Shown here: positions 52,530-64,000 of the stretch, piece after piece
Layout: each line of letters begins with the position of its first letter
Numbering within the stretch: position 1 is the stretch's first letter
NCBI GenBank assembly: GCA_951406725.2
Contig: OX597825.1
Span: forward strand, 22,320,001 to 22,384,000
DNA from: Octopus vulgaris
Lineage: Eukaryota
Length of the DNA stretch: 64,000 bases
Reading direction: 5' to 3'
Made by a program: the position numbers and the translations under genes
The notes under the pieces: generated by a model
Databases searched by the model: none
Told to the model about the DNA's origin: nothing
The model's input: the letters and a program-made list of their open reading frames with translations, nothing else

Positions 52530-52552
52530 GTAATCATTTTATATATTCTTTT

Positions 52553-52743
52553 ATTTACTTGTCATTTGACTGAGGCCATGCTGGAGCACTGCATTTAGTC
52601 GAGCAAATCGACCCCATGACATGCTTTGAAAGCGTAGTACTTATTCTATCGGGTATTCTGTCGAACAGCTAGTTACGGGGACATAAACACACAAATATCA
52701 GTTGTCAAGTGATTGTGGGGACAAACACAGACACAGAAACACA

Positions 52744-52826
<83 letters not shown>

Positions 52827-53401
52827 GGCTAAAAGAAAATGGAAGGGATACAAATGACATACATCAGCCAGTAGACATTCTATTACTTCCATTTATTCCA
52901 AAATAAAAGGGTGTATTACAAGAATACATACAGATGCAGAGACTGTGTGCTACACAAATATATACTAGTAATACATAAAAAAGTAAAAGGTTAAAGGATC
53001 AGTTCCTTACGGCCGTTTCGGGCAACATACCACGATATCCTCTAAGCTCGCTCCTTCTCTTCAGTGTTCTGTAAGGATGGCTAGAGGGCACTTCGGTATT
53101 AATAATTGGGCACACTACCAGCAGTAAATTGGATAGGTACTATCGCTCAGTTGGTTGGCTTCCGAACCTCTAACTCTCACGGAAATACACGCACACGCAC
53201 ACTCACACAAACACACACACACACATACACACACACACATATATATTTATATATATATATATATATATATATACGACAGGCTTCTTTCAGTTTCCGTCTA
53301 CCAAATGCACTGATATGGTTTTGGTCGGCCCGAGGCTATAGTAGAAGACACTTGCCATGAGGTCTGTAAGCAAACTACGCACCACACAGCCACTCCTGCG
53401 G
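52553..53401 (-). mobile_element. SINE family B split by an insertion (tail 52553-52825, head 53270-53401)
   Basis: Both halves are recognisable. The (CA)n(TA)n microsatellite is present on both sides of the ~360-bp insert. Confidence 0.75.
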
Positions 53402-54262
53402 CAATATATATATATATAGGACGAGCTTCATTCAGTTTTTGTCAACATAATTCATGCACGAGTCTTTGGTCAGTGCAGTTCTGTAATAGAAGATGGCTGC
53501 CTGAAACTGCCGTACAGTGAACCTGGAACGATGTGACTGTAAAGCAAACGTCTCCTCACACAGTCATGCCTAAGACTGTATCTACATAATGAGCCGAAAC
53601 ACTGCGAGATTTTCATCTCACCACCAAACTCAACTGCCTCCTGTACCTACACTTCACCCTGTTTCTTGCACCGAGCGCTAGATTAAAGTAACGTATGCTT
53701 CATAAAGACGTCTATACGACTGTTGAGTTTAAAAAAAAAAAAACGTTTAGAATCAGACTGCTTTCTTCTCTGCCCGTTCTATTATTGTCTAATAATATTT
53801 TACCCCGTATCATTTGACCTCGACGTATGTTGTTTAGTAAACAAAGTTCTCCCTCTCTCCCCCTCTCTGTCTCCCCCTCTCTTTCTCTCACTCTCTTTCT
53901 CTCTCTCTTTCTATCTCTCACAAACCATACTTTGACATCTTAACTTCGGAAACAACACATTTCAATAGGCAATCCCACACTCACACACACACACATACAT
54001 ACAAGCATACACACACACATACACACACATACATACAAGCGCCATACACACATACACACACATACAAACAAGCACACACACGCACACACGCAAACACTTG
54101 CATAGATACAGATAGACGGGCAGAGAGATTTCTAGATAAATCGATTGATATAGATTGAGAGATAGAGAGATAGAGGGGTGTAGATATAGCTGTATACATA
54201 TACAAATACATGCCTGTGTATACAGATGCCTATATTTATGCAGTCATGTCTCTTACTGTATA

Positions 54263-54316
<54 letters not shown>

Positions 54317-55240
54317 AAACAACTATAAAATGTATGTCACACTATGCAAAAGGAAATTGCCGTGTGGTATTTCTGCTACTATTTTAAAATGTATGTTCAT
54401 TTTCCTTAAACTGACAAATAAAAGATGATATTTAGTTTTTGACTGGCGCTGTTGCAACTTCCTTTTGGATATATTGTCTTTCATTTCTTGAATTACGCAT
54501 CCTATAATAACACATCGGCGGTCTTGTACAGCTATATTGTACACACCAATTATATTGTACACACCAACTATATTGTATATCCACAGCCTATTTATTAGTT
54601 CATTCATTGCTATGTTATGTTATTATTTCAAGCTTTTAATATGGTATTTACTTGGCATGTGAATTAAAATGTTATCTCGCGGAAAATTTAAGAGAATTAC
54701 TCGTTTCCACTTGCTTAAGTAATTTTTATTTACTCATGAAAAAAATAGCCTCCTTAAATCTTTACCATTATTCTAAGTCGTAGATATTGAGAATAATGTG
54801 GCATATTACTTCAGAAATATAACGTACGTAAACCAGCTATTTTCATGATGAGCAATTTAATCCTCGGTTAACACCCAGTCTGGTCTAAGGTTTCAAATTC
54901 TATATGACTGTAACTATCATATTTATACGACACCTGCAGAACCCGTGAATATTTCACGGAATTAATGGTAAATATATTGGGCTATTTCTGAAAACTTTAT
55001 CACCCCCCCCCCCAAAAAAAAACCCCTGAAAACTTCTTATTGAAAAGTGAAATAAATTGGAATACGTGGATTGTTTACTGCACTTTATGTATACTTATAC
55101 ACAATTTTATAGGCTTAATACACAACACTCATAAAATGAATATTCAGTCTTAGTTTTTCATTTCCCCATAAAAAAAATATCTCGTACATATGATACAAAC
55201 TTCAGTTAAATTGCATAAATCTGCCACATAAATAAGCTTT

Positions 55241-55337
55241 AGGCGTAGGAGTGGCTGTGTGGTAAGAGGCTTGCTTACCAACCACATGTTTCCGGATTCA
55301 GTTCCACTGCGTGGCACCTTGGGCGAGTGTCTTCTAC

Positions 55338-55374
<37 letters not shown>

Positions 55375-55584
55375 ATGTTTGTGTGTCTGTGTTTGTTCCC
55401 CCAACATCGCTTGGCAACCGATGCTGGCGTGTTTACGTCCGCTTAACTTAGCGGTACGGCAAAAGAGACCGATAGAATAAGAACTAGGCTTACAAAGAAT
55501 AAGTTCTGGGGTCGATTTGATCGACTAAAGGCGGTGCACCAGCATGGCCACAGTCAAATGACTGAAACAAGTAAAAGAGTAAAG
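55241..55584 (+). mobile_element. SINE family B with internal deletion
   Basis: aggcgtaggagtggctgtgtggtaag head, standard tail. Confidence 0.9.
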
Positions 55585-56900
55585 CTTCAAAATTTCACGA
55601 AATTGCACTTATGAGTCAAGTGATAGGTGATATAACTTAGTTCAATTAAAAACAAGTACACAACACACTAACCAATCACGACCTCCTCCATCTTTCCCAT
55701 AACCACCACCTCCATCATCATCATATCTATTTCCTCTCTGTCTCCCTCCTCTCTCTCTCTCTCTCTCTCTCTCTTTTTCTACCATTCTTTAACCTTACCA
55801 TCAGAACTTCACCCCGTCTGCTAAAATTATATTTTAAACTCTCCTCCTCGATATTTAACAAACTTTTCAACCACATAATAGATATTTCGTTCTCCCTACC
55901 CCACGTCATGGACGCTTCTCTCTCCCTCTTTTTGTCACTCCCTATTTACTTTCTACCCCTTTTAATCTAATCACTTGAAAGCGTTACCAACGGGATAAGT
56001 AACGCAATGACAAGCAGATTTAGTATAACATATGACAATATTATGTACGACGCACCGTTTTTGGCTGCGACAAACACAATTATTTTATAATTATATATTT
56101 CTAAGATGAGAGAGAAACGGAAATTACGTCGTTCATACATTTATATAATTTCTTAGAAATTTGATAGATACGTTACAAAAATCTGAAACTTAATAGGATA
56201 TTGTGTGAAACCCAAGGACGCAAATTATTGATAAATGGGAACAGTAGTTCTTTTACATTGTAGTATATTTCTGAAAGAAACGACAACACATATGTAGAAG
56301 ACATTTAGAAGATTTAGTGTAATAGGCATGATTTATAACCGATATTATTCAATAACTGAACAAAAGTAACTTTAGCAATTGAACTGAAAATAAGTTAATC
56401 ACTTGAATTTGCCACGAGAAGCTTTATTTAAATTCACCTGTCAAGGAAATATCATAATAAACGCATGAAATAGCAATTAATTGCATAAATACAAGGCTAT
56501 GAATTTATAATATAGCTAGTGCGCAGATTCCGTATGAATGCTTAAGTGATTGCCATTAAGGAACACGACAGGTGAAAGGGAAAATTCCAACAAGAAATGG
56601 CAGCAAAGCTTTTTTTTTTATATGGGTACACGGGTAATTCATGTATATACACATGTATGTACATGAATAGCGAAGTGGCTGTCACTGCAAAGTATGTAAA
56701 CATGCATATCTACTATGGCAATCATGCACACGCTCTTACATTTAAGCAAACACACACACACGTTCACATACACACACACATGTAGATATGTATATATTTA
56801 TTAATGGGGCGCAAAGGACGATCGTTATGCATCATCTTCATAAGATTATATATGTTCAAGTAGAAGGAAACGATCAGTAATAATCATCGACATTCCTTCA

Positions 56901-56964
<64 letters not shown>

Positions 56965-56966
56965 GT

Positions 56967-57010
<44 letters not shown>

Positions 57011-57036
57011 GTGTATATATATATGTAGGTATGTAT

Positions 57037-57092
<56 letters not shown>

Positions 57093-57093
<1 letters not shown>

Positions 57094-57641
57094 GATGCAG
57101 TACCAGTCAAAGGTTCTCATGGCTTCTGATCTTAACTGATTGGTAGTGTTATCATGTACATTGTTTTGTCTTGGTATAAAAGATGGGCTACAGTAAATAT
57201 TCTGCTCAATACCACAGATTTGCTTGTCAGTTGTTTGACCTTACCAGTTGAGAATGTCCCTTAGTGGCTGACGATATGTGCATCTCTGATCACGAGCAGA
57301 TGTAGTGGGGGAGCATCATAGCCATGTGTTGAGAAGGATTCTTTGGGGTTTGAATAATTCACCTCTGGAAACATGGGTGTTACATTCAACGTCCTTAAAC
57401 AACCCTTATTCAGGGACCTTTTGAGCGGGATGGGTTACTCGATCTGAAGAAAATTCTAACTGGGCTCCACCTGCAAGGTCATGTGCTGTTTATCTTGATA
57501 TGAGATCACCATGTCGTGCACATATGGTTGTGATGCATGTGCCTGGTGTACCCTTACAGACGGGTAGTCATGATGGGTATACTGGGCTTCGTATATTTTA
57601 CCCCAGTGTCACTTTGATGGCATGCTCTGCTCGCTCACTCA
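57093..57641 (+). mobile_element. Repeat family D, apparently complete copy inserted in (AAT)n
   Basis: Bounded by (AAT)n at 57038-57093 and 57641-57812. Two partial copies elsewhere also abut (ATT)n. Orientation is arbitrary. Confidence 0.8.
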
Positions 57642-58184
57642 ATAATAATAATAATGATAATAATAATAATAACAATAATAATGATAATAATAATAATAAT
57701 GATAATAATAACAATAACAATAATAATGATAATAATAATGACAATAATAATAATAATAATAATGATAATAATAATAATAATAATAATAATATTAATAATA
57801 ATAATAATAATAACTTACGATATCGTTCTGTTTATCATTTAGGCAGTCATCGCAATTGTTATAATGTCTTGTTGTTGAGATAGGATCTCTTCCTTTCCTG
57901 AGGAGAAAATTGCATTTTACACCGGTTATTCCTTTGGAATAAAACCAATGTTGTTTTCGAAACAAATGTCGAAAGTAAAAGAATCTTAATAACATCTTCG
58001 TTCAACTTCATTTATTTACTTATACTACACAAATTATTGCACATTAACCCGGAGTTTCTACCTTTGAATAGGTCTCTTCATCCGTGTTACTTGCGAGAAT
58101 TGTGCTACCCTGGTAACTGTTTATTGAATTTTCCATGTTAATGGTAAACAAAGGATAATTCATTCATTCATTTATATATATATA

Positions 58185-58669
58185 TAATAAGGGTAAAAAA
58201 TTGAATATTTATTTGATTAATATCAATTTAAATCCAGTGGTCTAGCATATTAAAATCTGAAGGTTGAGAAAATTATATTACATACCTATAATAGGGATGA
58301 CCACTATGTGGACAACATTAATGCTAGAAGTAGATCCGCTATAATCTTACCACTAAGAAAGGAATGTTCTCAAAAAGATTTAGCAAACGCCAGAACGTAA
58401 GCGAGCAAGACAAATGAAAAGAAACAAAAATATAGATTAAACATAGACATGATTCGCTACCAACAGTTACGCAATTTTACTTACGCAATTGTCCGTAGAT
58501 CTTCGGTATGATCATACCGATCATACCGAAAAGCTACATGGCTATGAGTAATCTCTATTTTTGTTTCTTTTCATTAGTCCCGCTCGCTTGCGTTCTGGCG
58601 TTTACTAAATTTAATTGAGAACATTCCTTTTTTAGTGGTAAGACCAAAGCGGATCTACTTCACCCCGCT

Positions 58670-58672
<3 letters not shown>
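58185..58672. mobile_element. Foldback element in (TA)n: ~140-bp leader plus imperfect ~125-bp inverted arms (58327-58661)
   Basis: gaagtagatccgct...aaagaaacaaaaata vs tatttttgtttcttt...agcggatctacttc. Internal palindrome cggtatgatcataccg. Confidence 0.75.
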
Positions 58673-58766
<94 letters not shown>

Positions 58767-58794
58767 AAACGCACAAATATGTTTGTAGCCCAAG

Positions 58795-59222
58795 TTTTAT
58801 AGGTATCTGCTGTTACTGCTAGGGTGTTGTTTGGTAGCATCTTCCTGTAGAATCCAGACCCATCTGTATTGTACAGTTGTTCTGCGATGAAGAACTCTGC
58901 TTCTATATGTTATTTGAAGGTAGCTGGGAAGTCATCTGTAGCTTGGCTGTCTTCTGATCTCTGCTCTCCACTGATCTTCATATCACCTATCCCAAGGCGC
59001 TTCTGGAACCCGTACAATCACCCCTTGCTAGCTAGAAACGTCCGCTGGTCAGGCCGGGCATGTTCTTCTGGATGCAGCTGGCTATGAAACTTCTCTGCCT
59101 GGACTCTGATATTGGCGACTGCCAGGGGACTGCCGCCACTCTGCTCCTGGATAACTAGACGAAAACTGCTTTCTCAAGTTCACTTTCAGTGGCAGTCCTG
59201 GCCTTCTTCCTAGCTAGGCCCT
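58795..59222 (-). pseudogene. Tigger/pogo transposase remnant (CENP-B-type HTH and start of DDE)
   Basis: RKKARTATESELEKAVFV*...IRVQAEKFH...FLASKG*LYGFQKRLGIGDMKISGEQRSED...EQLYNTDGSGFYRKMLPNNTL. Matches the Tigger motifs FxASxGWxxRFKxR, xxGExxSAD and QxxNxDETGLxWKxxPxxT. Stops and a frameshift. Confidence 0.9.
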
Positions 59223-59306
59223 CAGTGTCCACAAGTGTACTTATATAAATCCTGAGGTTAACCTCATACTTAACCCAATCACGCATGGTTATCTGTTTAC
59301 TTATAT

Positions 59307-59694
59307 CTTTACTCTTTACTTGTTTCAGTCATTTGAGTGTGGCCATGCTGGAGCACCGCCTTTAGTCGAAGAAATCGACCCCAAGACTTATTATTTGTAA
59401 GCTTAGTACTTATTGTATCGGTCTTCTTTGCCAAACCGCTATGTTACGGAGACATAAACACACCAGTATAGGTCGTCAATCGATATGGGGGGGGGCAAAC
59501 ACAGACACGCAAACATATAGACACACATACATATATATATATATACATATATACGACGGGCTTCTTTCTATTTCCGTCTACCAAATCCACTCACAAGGCT
59601 TTGGTCGGCCCGAGGTGCCCAAGGTGCCACGCAGTCGGACTGAACCCGGAACCATGTGGTTGGTAATTAAGCTACATACAATGCAGCTACTCCA
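59307..59694 (-). mobile_element. SINE family B
   Basis: Standard tail and head, small deletion. Confidence 0.9.
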
Positions 59695-59697
59695 TGT

Positions 59698-59770
59698 TTC
59701 AAACAGATTGGTACAAATACGAAGATAGAACACCTACAAAAATCAGAATTGCTTGAAACTGCAAGAACGC
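59698..59770 (+). pseudogene. C-terminal fragment of an R4/Dong-type non-LTR ORF
   Basis: KQIGTNTKIEHLQKSELLETAR resembles the conserved terminal LQKxALLGTARI motif. Confidence 0.55.
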
Positions 59771-60615
59771 AGTTGACAAATAGTGTACATACACCTATCC
59801 GTTCGCAGCGACTCTTCTCCATTGTCACCATTTGTAACAATTTGTCTGCAGCGAGAAATGTTCTTATTAACAAAACACAGTGAATTGCCTGTCTTCGAGT
59901 TCAAATGTGCCACACGCATTTTGAACTGGTAATGACATTACATTTCTATACTTCACTGCTTAGCGCTCCCTTTCATGGATTTGCTTACGGTGAGCCGCAG
60001 CATAGCGCTGATCAGCCACCGTAAGTTGACTGAAATACCATTGGTCAGTTAAAATTTAGACAGTGTCACGTGATAACTTGCTGGAGCTGCCTGCTGGAGT
60101 CTGGCAGCGGGTATTCAAAGGAAAATTTAACAAGACAGTCAGTCGCCCGCTGACACTCGTTGACGTTACATCGAAGAGGCAAGGGAACAGAAGAAAGAAG
60201 GGGAAAGAAGACATGCACTCAACACCAGAGCTGAAGACACCTCCGAAAGCGCCGGGTCCGCCTCGTCAAAACGGCAGAAAAGTAGGGACCGAAACCGGAC
60301 GTGGTTCCTTCTGATGATGGCTTGAGCTAACCGGATCCTATAAAGGAGCTGTTGTGGTAGCAGACCACTAAACATGGTTAAAATTCCTCCTCTCTTTTAT
60401 CACTTCCCCGCGCCACCTACCTAGTGTTTGTGACAGAAGAGGAGATAACCACTCCGATATGCTTGCATCTAACAGTCTCGATAGGTGGCACAGCGAACTG
60501 ATTTAGGTGTATTTACACCATTTGTCCAAAGGATAAATTTTCTCCATGCCAAAACACAGTGAATGGCGTGACTACGAGTTCACACGTGCTACAAGAATAT
60601 TCGATCTGGTAATAA

Positions 60616-60800
60616 TTATTTCCAATTTTTTCCACAAAGGCAGCTTGGAGGGGGTTCAACTGGTACTTATTTTATCGACCCCGAAAGGATGAAAGGCAAA
60701 TTCGACCTATGCAGAATTTCAACTCAGAATGTAGCAATGGGCTAAATACCTCTAAGTATTTCATCCAGCTTGCTAACGATTCTGCTAGTTCGCCGCTTTC
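60616..60800 (-). mobile_element. SINE family A with 13-bp TSD gatctggtaataa
   Basis: TSD at 60603-60615 and 60804-60816. Confidence 0.85.
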
Positions 60801-61349
60801 TTTGATCTGGTAATAACGTTGTCCTATTTTTCTTTGCGATTAGTGTGTTATGCCTGTGTTTATATGGAAAATAAGCCTTCCTTCTAAGTATAGCTTCCTT
60901 TATCTATATTTTCTGAGAAATACTGAATAGGATAGATTTCTTATTTACTAATGTTTTCTTATTGAAAGTTTGGATTCTTTTTTTATGATATACTCTATTA
61001 TGATAGCACATCTTGCAAGCGTATAGACAGCCGCTAGTCAAACGTCGTATTTTGGTTGCCAGGACAAGACTTGGTTTTCTAAGGTTTACCGCTTTCATTA
61101 TTCAATATAATTTTTATATCAGAATTGAGATTATTCCCGATCTTCTTCTTTGGTAACAGTATATAAGTAGATATATGTTTACCTATAATACGGAACAATC
61201 TTGAACAAAATCTCTGATGAGTTAGCGTTTTCATTTAATTTTAGCTACAATTGGCTGATATCAAAATTACAGTCAATTCTATAGTATCACATCGTTTTTA
61301 TCTTTTACTCTCTAAATAAGCTCAATTGTATTGTTTGTCAGTAAGCAAT

Positions 61350-62270
61350 AGGGCTGGTCAGCTGTTTTTTATTATTTTATTGATAACTTTGGGGAATATT
61401 TTCGGAAACTTCTTAGTCTTGCCTAATTTGATGCTTCTGGGTTAAGAAAACACCCCGGAATTTTTCTATCAGGTCAAGATTTTTGTTAAGCAGGGATTCA
61501 TATCTTACCAAAAAATGTCAATTTTGCCTTAAATGCAATAAGAAACTGATACAAACCACATAGTATGTTTTATGGTGTAACAAACCTCTGTCACAAAATG
61601 TTTAATTACACACGTTAGGATAAATATTTCTTCTGAGAAACTGTAGTTTCATTTAATGAAGGAGTGAACTTTCTCGTTGCTGCTTTCCGTGAATAACTTT
61701 AATTTCGACAGTAACATTCAGCCATCATGCTTGTGTTCCGCCTGCCTTGATACGTAGTCTTCGTGGTCTCGGTGTCTTGGAATCTTTCTCATTGCTCATG
61801 ACTAATTATTGCAGTGAAGTAGTCCATATGTCTATGCAGGAAATGCGCTTTTATATGCACGTAGCAGCCGAGGACTCGAAATCTGGTTAACAAGGTTAGC
61901 ACCTGTTCTTCATAATTTGATGGAGCATTCCATGCTCCTTTATGGACGCCAGATATGGTTTACAAATCTGCTCGTCCTGCAATAGCCACCTTATCTGTGG
62001 CTTGTCAAACACACCAACCTTAATGTTGTCACTGGATAAAGCTGGAAATGTTCTGTTTAAGTATGTGAAACAGTCTCAGTCTCAGGTTTTCAACGCATAT
62101 TTTACACACTGTATAGGATTTGTCATGGTCACTCAGCATCATGTCAAGTTAGGTAAACCTTTTTCACAAAATCGGAGATTTTGCTTCGCTGCCTAGGTAT
62201 AATTTGACCTCCACACATATAGAAAACATCGAGGCTACTTTTGCAAATTACTTCTTGCAACTGTTCATAT
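61350..62270 (-). pseudogene. Chapaev-3 (CMC) DNA transposon remnant, internally deleted
   Basis: N-terminal CKSSLDVFYMCGGQIIPRQRSKISDFVKKVY (~62250-62155). Then CFTYLNRTFPALSSDNIKVGVFDKPQIRWLL, LGCYVHIKAHFLHRHMDYF and SHEQ*ERFQD..TYQGRRNTSMMAE. These match Chapaev-3 motifs (GPQIR, HFLHSHLD, EQGERFHQD..RYQG). 3' boundary approximate. Confidence 0.8.
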
Positions 62271-62889
62271 TTCTAAAATTCAAAACATGTCAGCGAATTG
62301 TCACCTCCGGAAAAGCATTTTCAGCATTGTCAACAGTTATAAAGTGAGCAAAAACAGATTTGTGAAAGCATAGCTCCATAAAGAACATGCATGTCGTGAA
62401 GTTCTTTGACAATATTTGACAGAAAGGGATCTTGATCCACGAAACTTCACATTAAAACCTTTAACATTCAAAAGCTATCAGCTTTATAAGAAATGTTCAA
62501 AACGTCTCATCTGTATTGCAATGATAGCCACAATAAAACAAGCACAACGTTCCTATATCTGGAAACAAATTCCACAAGTATGAGTTATGTATTATGCCAA
62601 CGATCCCAGAAGTGAGTTGTTTATGTACATCTAATTGTAGAAAAGGCATTTCTGTTACCGTCATGACTTTTAAAACTGGTCAGATTGAAAATAGTGAAAG
62701 TTGCTCAAGTGTGATGCTTTTTATTTACTGAAGATACTTAAATCATAACTTTTGTTTTCACGTTTGTAATTGCATTTACTTTTAATAATATTTGAAAGTA
62801 TGTTTTCAAAATTATGTCAAGTTCCATACATGGGTCTGCATTTGATAAAGCCAAATGTATCCTTAGAAGTGGTGACAATACCAAGAATG

Positions 62890-63008
62890 TTTGGGGAAGT
62901 CTTGACGTGATAGAGCGAAACCGATTTCGTTTTGGAGATCAGCGCCCCAGAATTAGATTGAAACATGTTTCCAATATGCGACAACCAAAGTCTTGTTCTC
63001 CAGGTTAA
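62890..63008 (+). mobile_element. Probable Chapaev-like 3' terminal fragment
   Basis: cttgacgtgatagag...cagcgccccagaatt...ttgttctccag. The start parallels cttgacctgatagaa on the minus strand at ~61470. Confidence 0.4.
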
Positions 63009-63231
63009 TACAATGTTGATGGAATCGGCTCGTATGCATAGGTGGAAGTGGAAATCGTATCTCCAGTGAAGTTGTATGCAGTGTATTGAGTGATTTTTAT
63101 ACAAAACTGAAAGGTAAATATGGTGAACCCAGTTATAATTATACAACAGTTTAGTTTAATTAACGCCATATTTGGTCCGGACAAGGTAATTTTTATGAGG
63201 ATATATTTGTTAATATTTCAAACATTCTAAT

Positions 63232-63440
63232 GGTGGCGCATTAGCAGAATCTTATATGAACCAGATTAAAAGGTTTGCCGGCATTTTTATCAGCTCTTTA
63301 CCTTGCTAGTTCAAATCCTATTGATGATTATTTTGGCTTTCATCATTTTGAGGTTAATTAAATAAGTTCCAGGTAAGTGTTGGGCTCGATGTAACCAGTT
63401 AACCTCTCCCCTTAAAAGTGTTAACCTTGTTCCAAAATTT
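63232..63440 (+). mobile_element. SINE family A, old diverged copy
   Basis: ttagcagaatc...gttcaaatcc...ggctttcatcattttgaggttaattaaaataagttccag. Confidence 0.65.
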
Positions 63441-64000
63441 CAAACCTTTGTTTTCTTCTGTTTCTCAGCCGGTGTATTATCATCTTCTAACGAGATGATA
63501 ATACTAGATTCTAGTTCACAGACTTCAACGAGGGATATCATTAATATATTAGTTATCGTTTAATTCCATAGCAGCTTTGGTCGTGCAAATCTATAACAAG
63601 GCGCTCCTACTGTAGCTACCAATACTTTATCCGGTAAAAGTGTATATAAGGCTGCATCATTTAATGTGGCAATGCAATTTTTAAGACAGCATGCAAATTG
63701 ATGGAGATTTAGCTAGTATTTGTAGAATTTTCAGTAAGCGATCCTTTATAATGTTCACTGTCAATTCGTTAGATGAATTTTCAGAGTTTGACATAAAATA
63801 TGCTTGGCTGATTCAGTCCCAATTTACCGAGAATGGAATTCTTATTATGCTTCTTTGCCCCGCTCAATCCCTCATTCGTCCATCTCTGGTTTAAAATGCT
63901 GTATTCTTGTTTTGTCTTATTCCTCTGTGAACCTTTCATACAAAGCGCTTTACTGACCAAGTGGTCTTTTATTTTTTACATGTTTCATTTACTTGATGCG

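Larger units (their letters stand above)
52115..52545. mobile_element. Penelope-like pLTR/foldback element with ~80-bp inverted arms (52270-52350 / 52460-52540)
   Basis: Begins after (TA)n. Shares gaccacta..gtggac...atgctaga with 58298-58330. Each arm is a hammerhead. Confidence 0.8.

Noticed and set aside
60228-60330. CTGAAGA...GAAA and GAAA...CTGATGA near each other, hammerhead-like
   Set aside because: In the first, stem II (cacctcc) cannot pair. In the second, there is no room for stem I.
63560-63900. Possible hAT-like transposase remnant on the minus strand (DKVLVATVGAP)
   Set aside because: Too degenerate to call without a profile search.

Overview
AT-rich, microsatellite-saturated eukaryotic non-coding DNA (intronic or intergenic). 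The repeat content is what I recognise from octopod cephalopods (likely Octopus; inference). I find no intact protein-coding gene: nearly all ORF-track entries are translations of simple repeats or SINEs. The window holds many copies of three tRNA-head SINE families and dead transposase or retroelement fragments (Tigger/pogo, Chapaev-3, R4/Dong-type restriction-like endonuclease, Penelope GIY-YIG). It also holds a Merlin-like MITE with an 8-bp TSD and internal telomere-type repeats, a Helentron-like element and a 3.1-kb pyrimidine tract. The main hidden signal is a set of minimal type I hammerhead ribozyme (HHR) motifs. (i) A 352-bp tandem duplication at 24887-25544 has one HHR per unit, i.e. 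retrozyme architecture predicted to release a 352-nt RNA that could circularise. (ii) Foldback elements beside (TA)n tracts carry mirror-image HHRs on both strands (145-473, 52270-52540). Related foldbacks lack an HHR (21353, 48719, 58327), and one of these follows a Penelope endonuclease remnant. All calls are by eye, and repeat boundaries are approximate.
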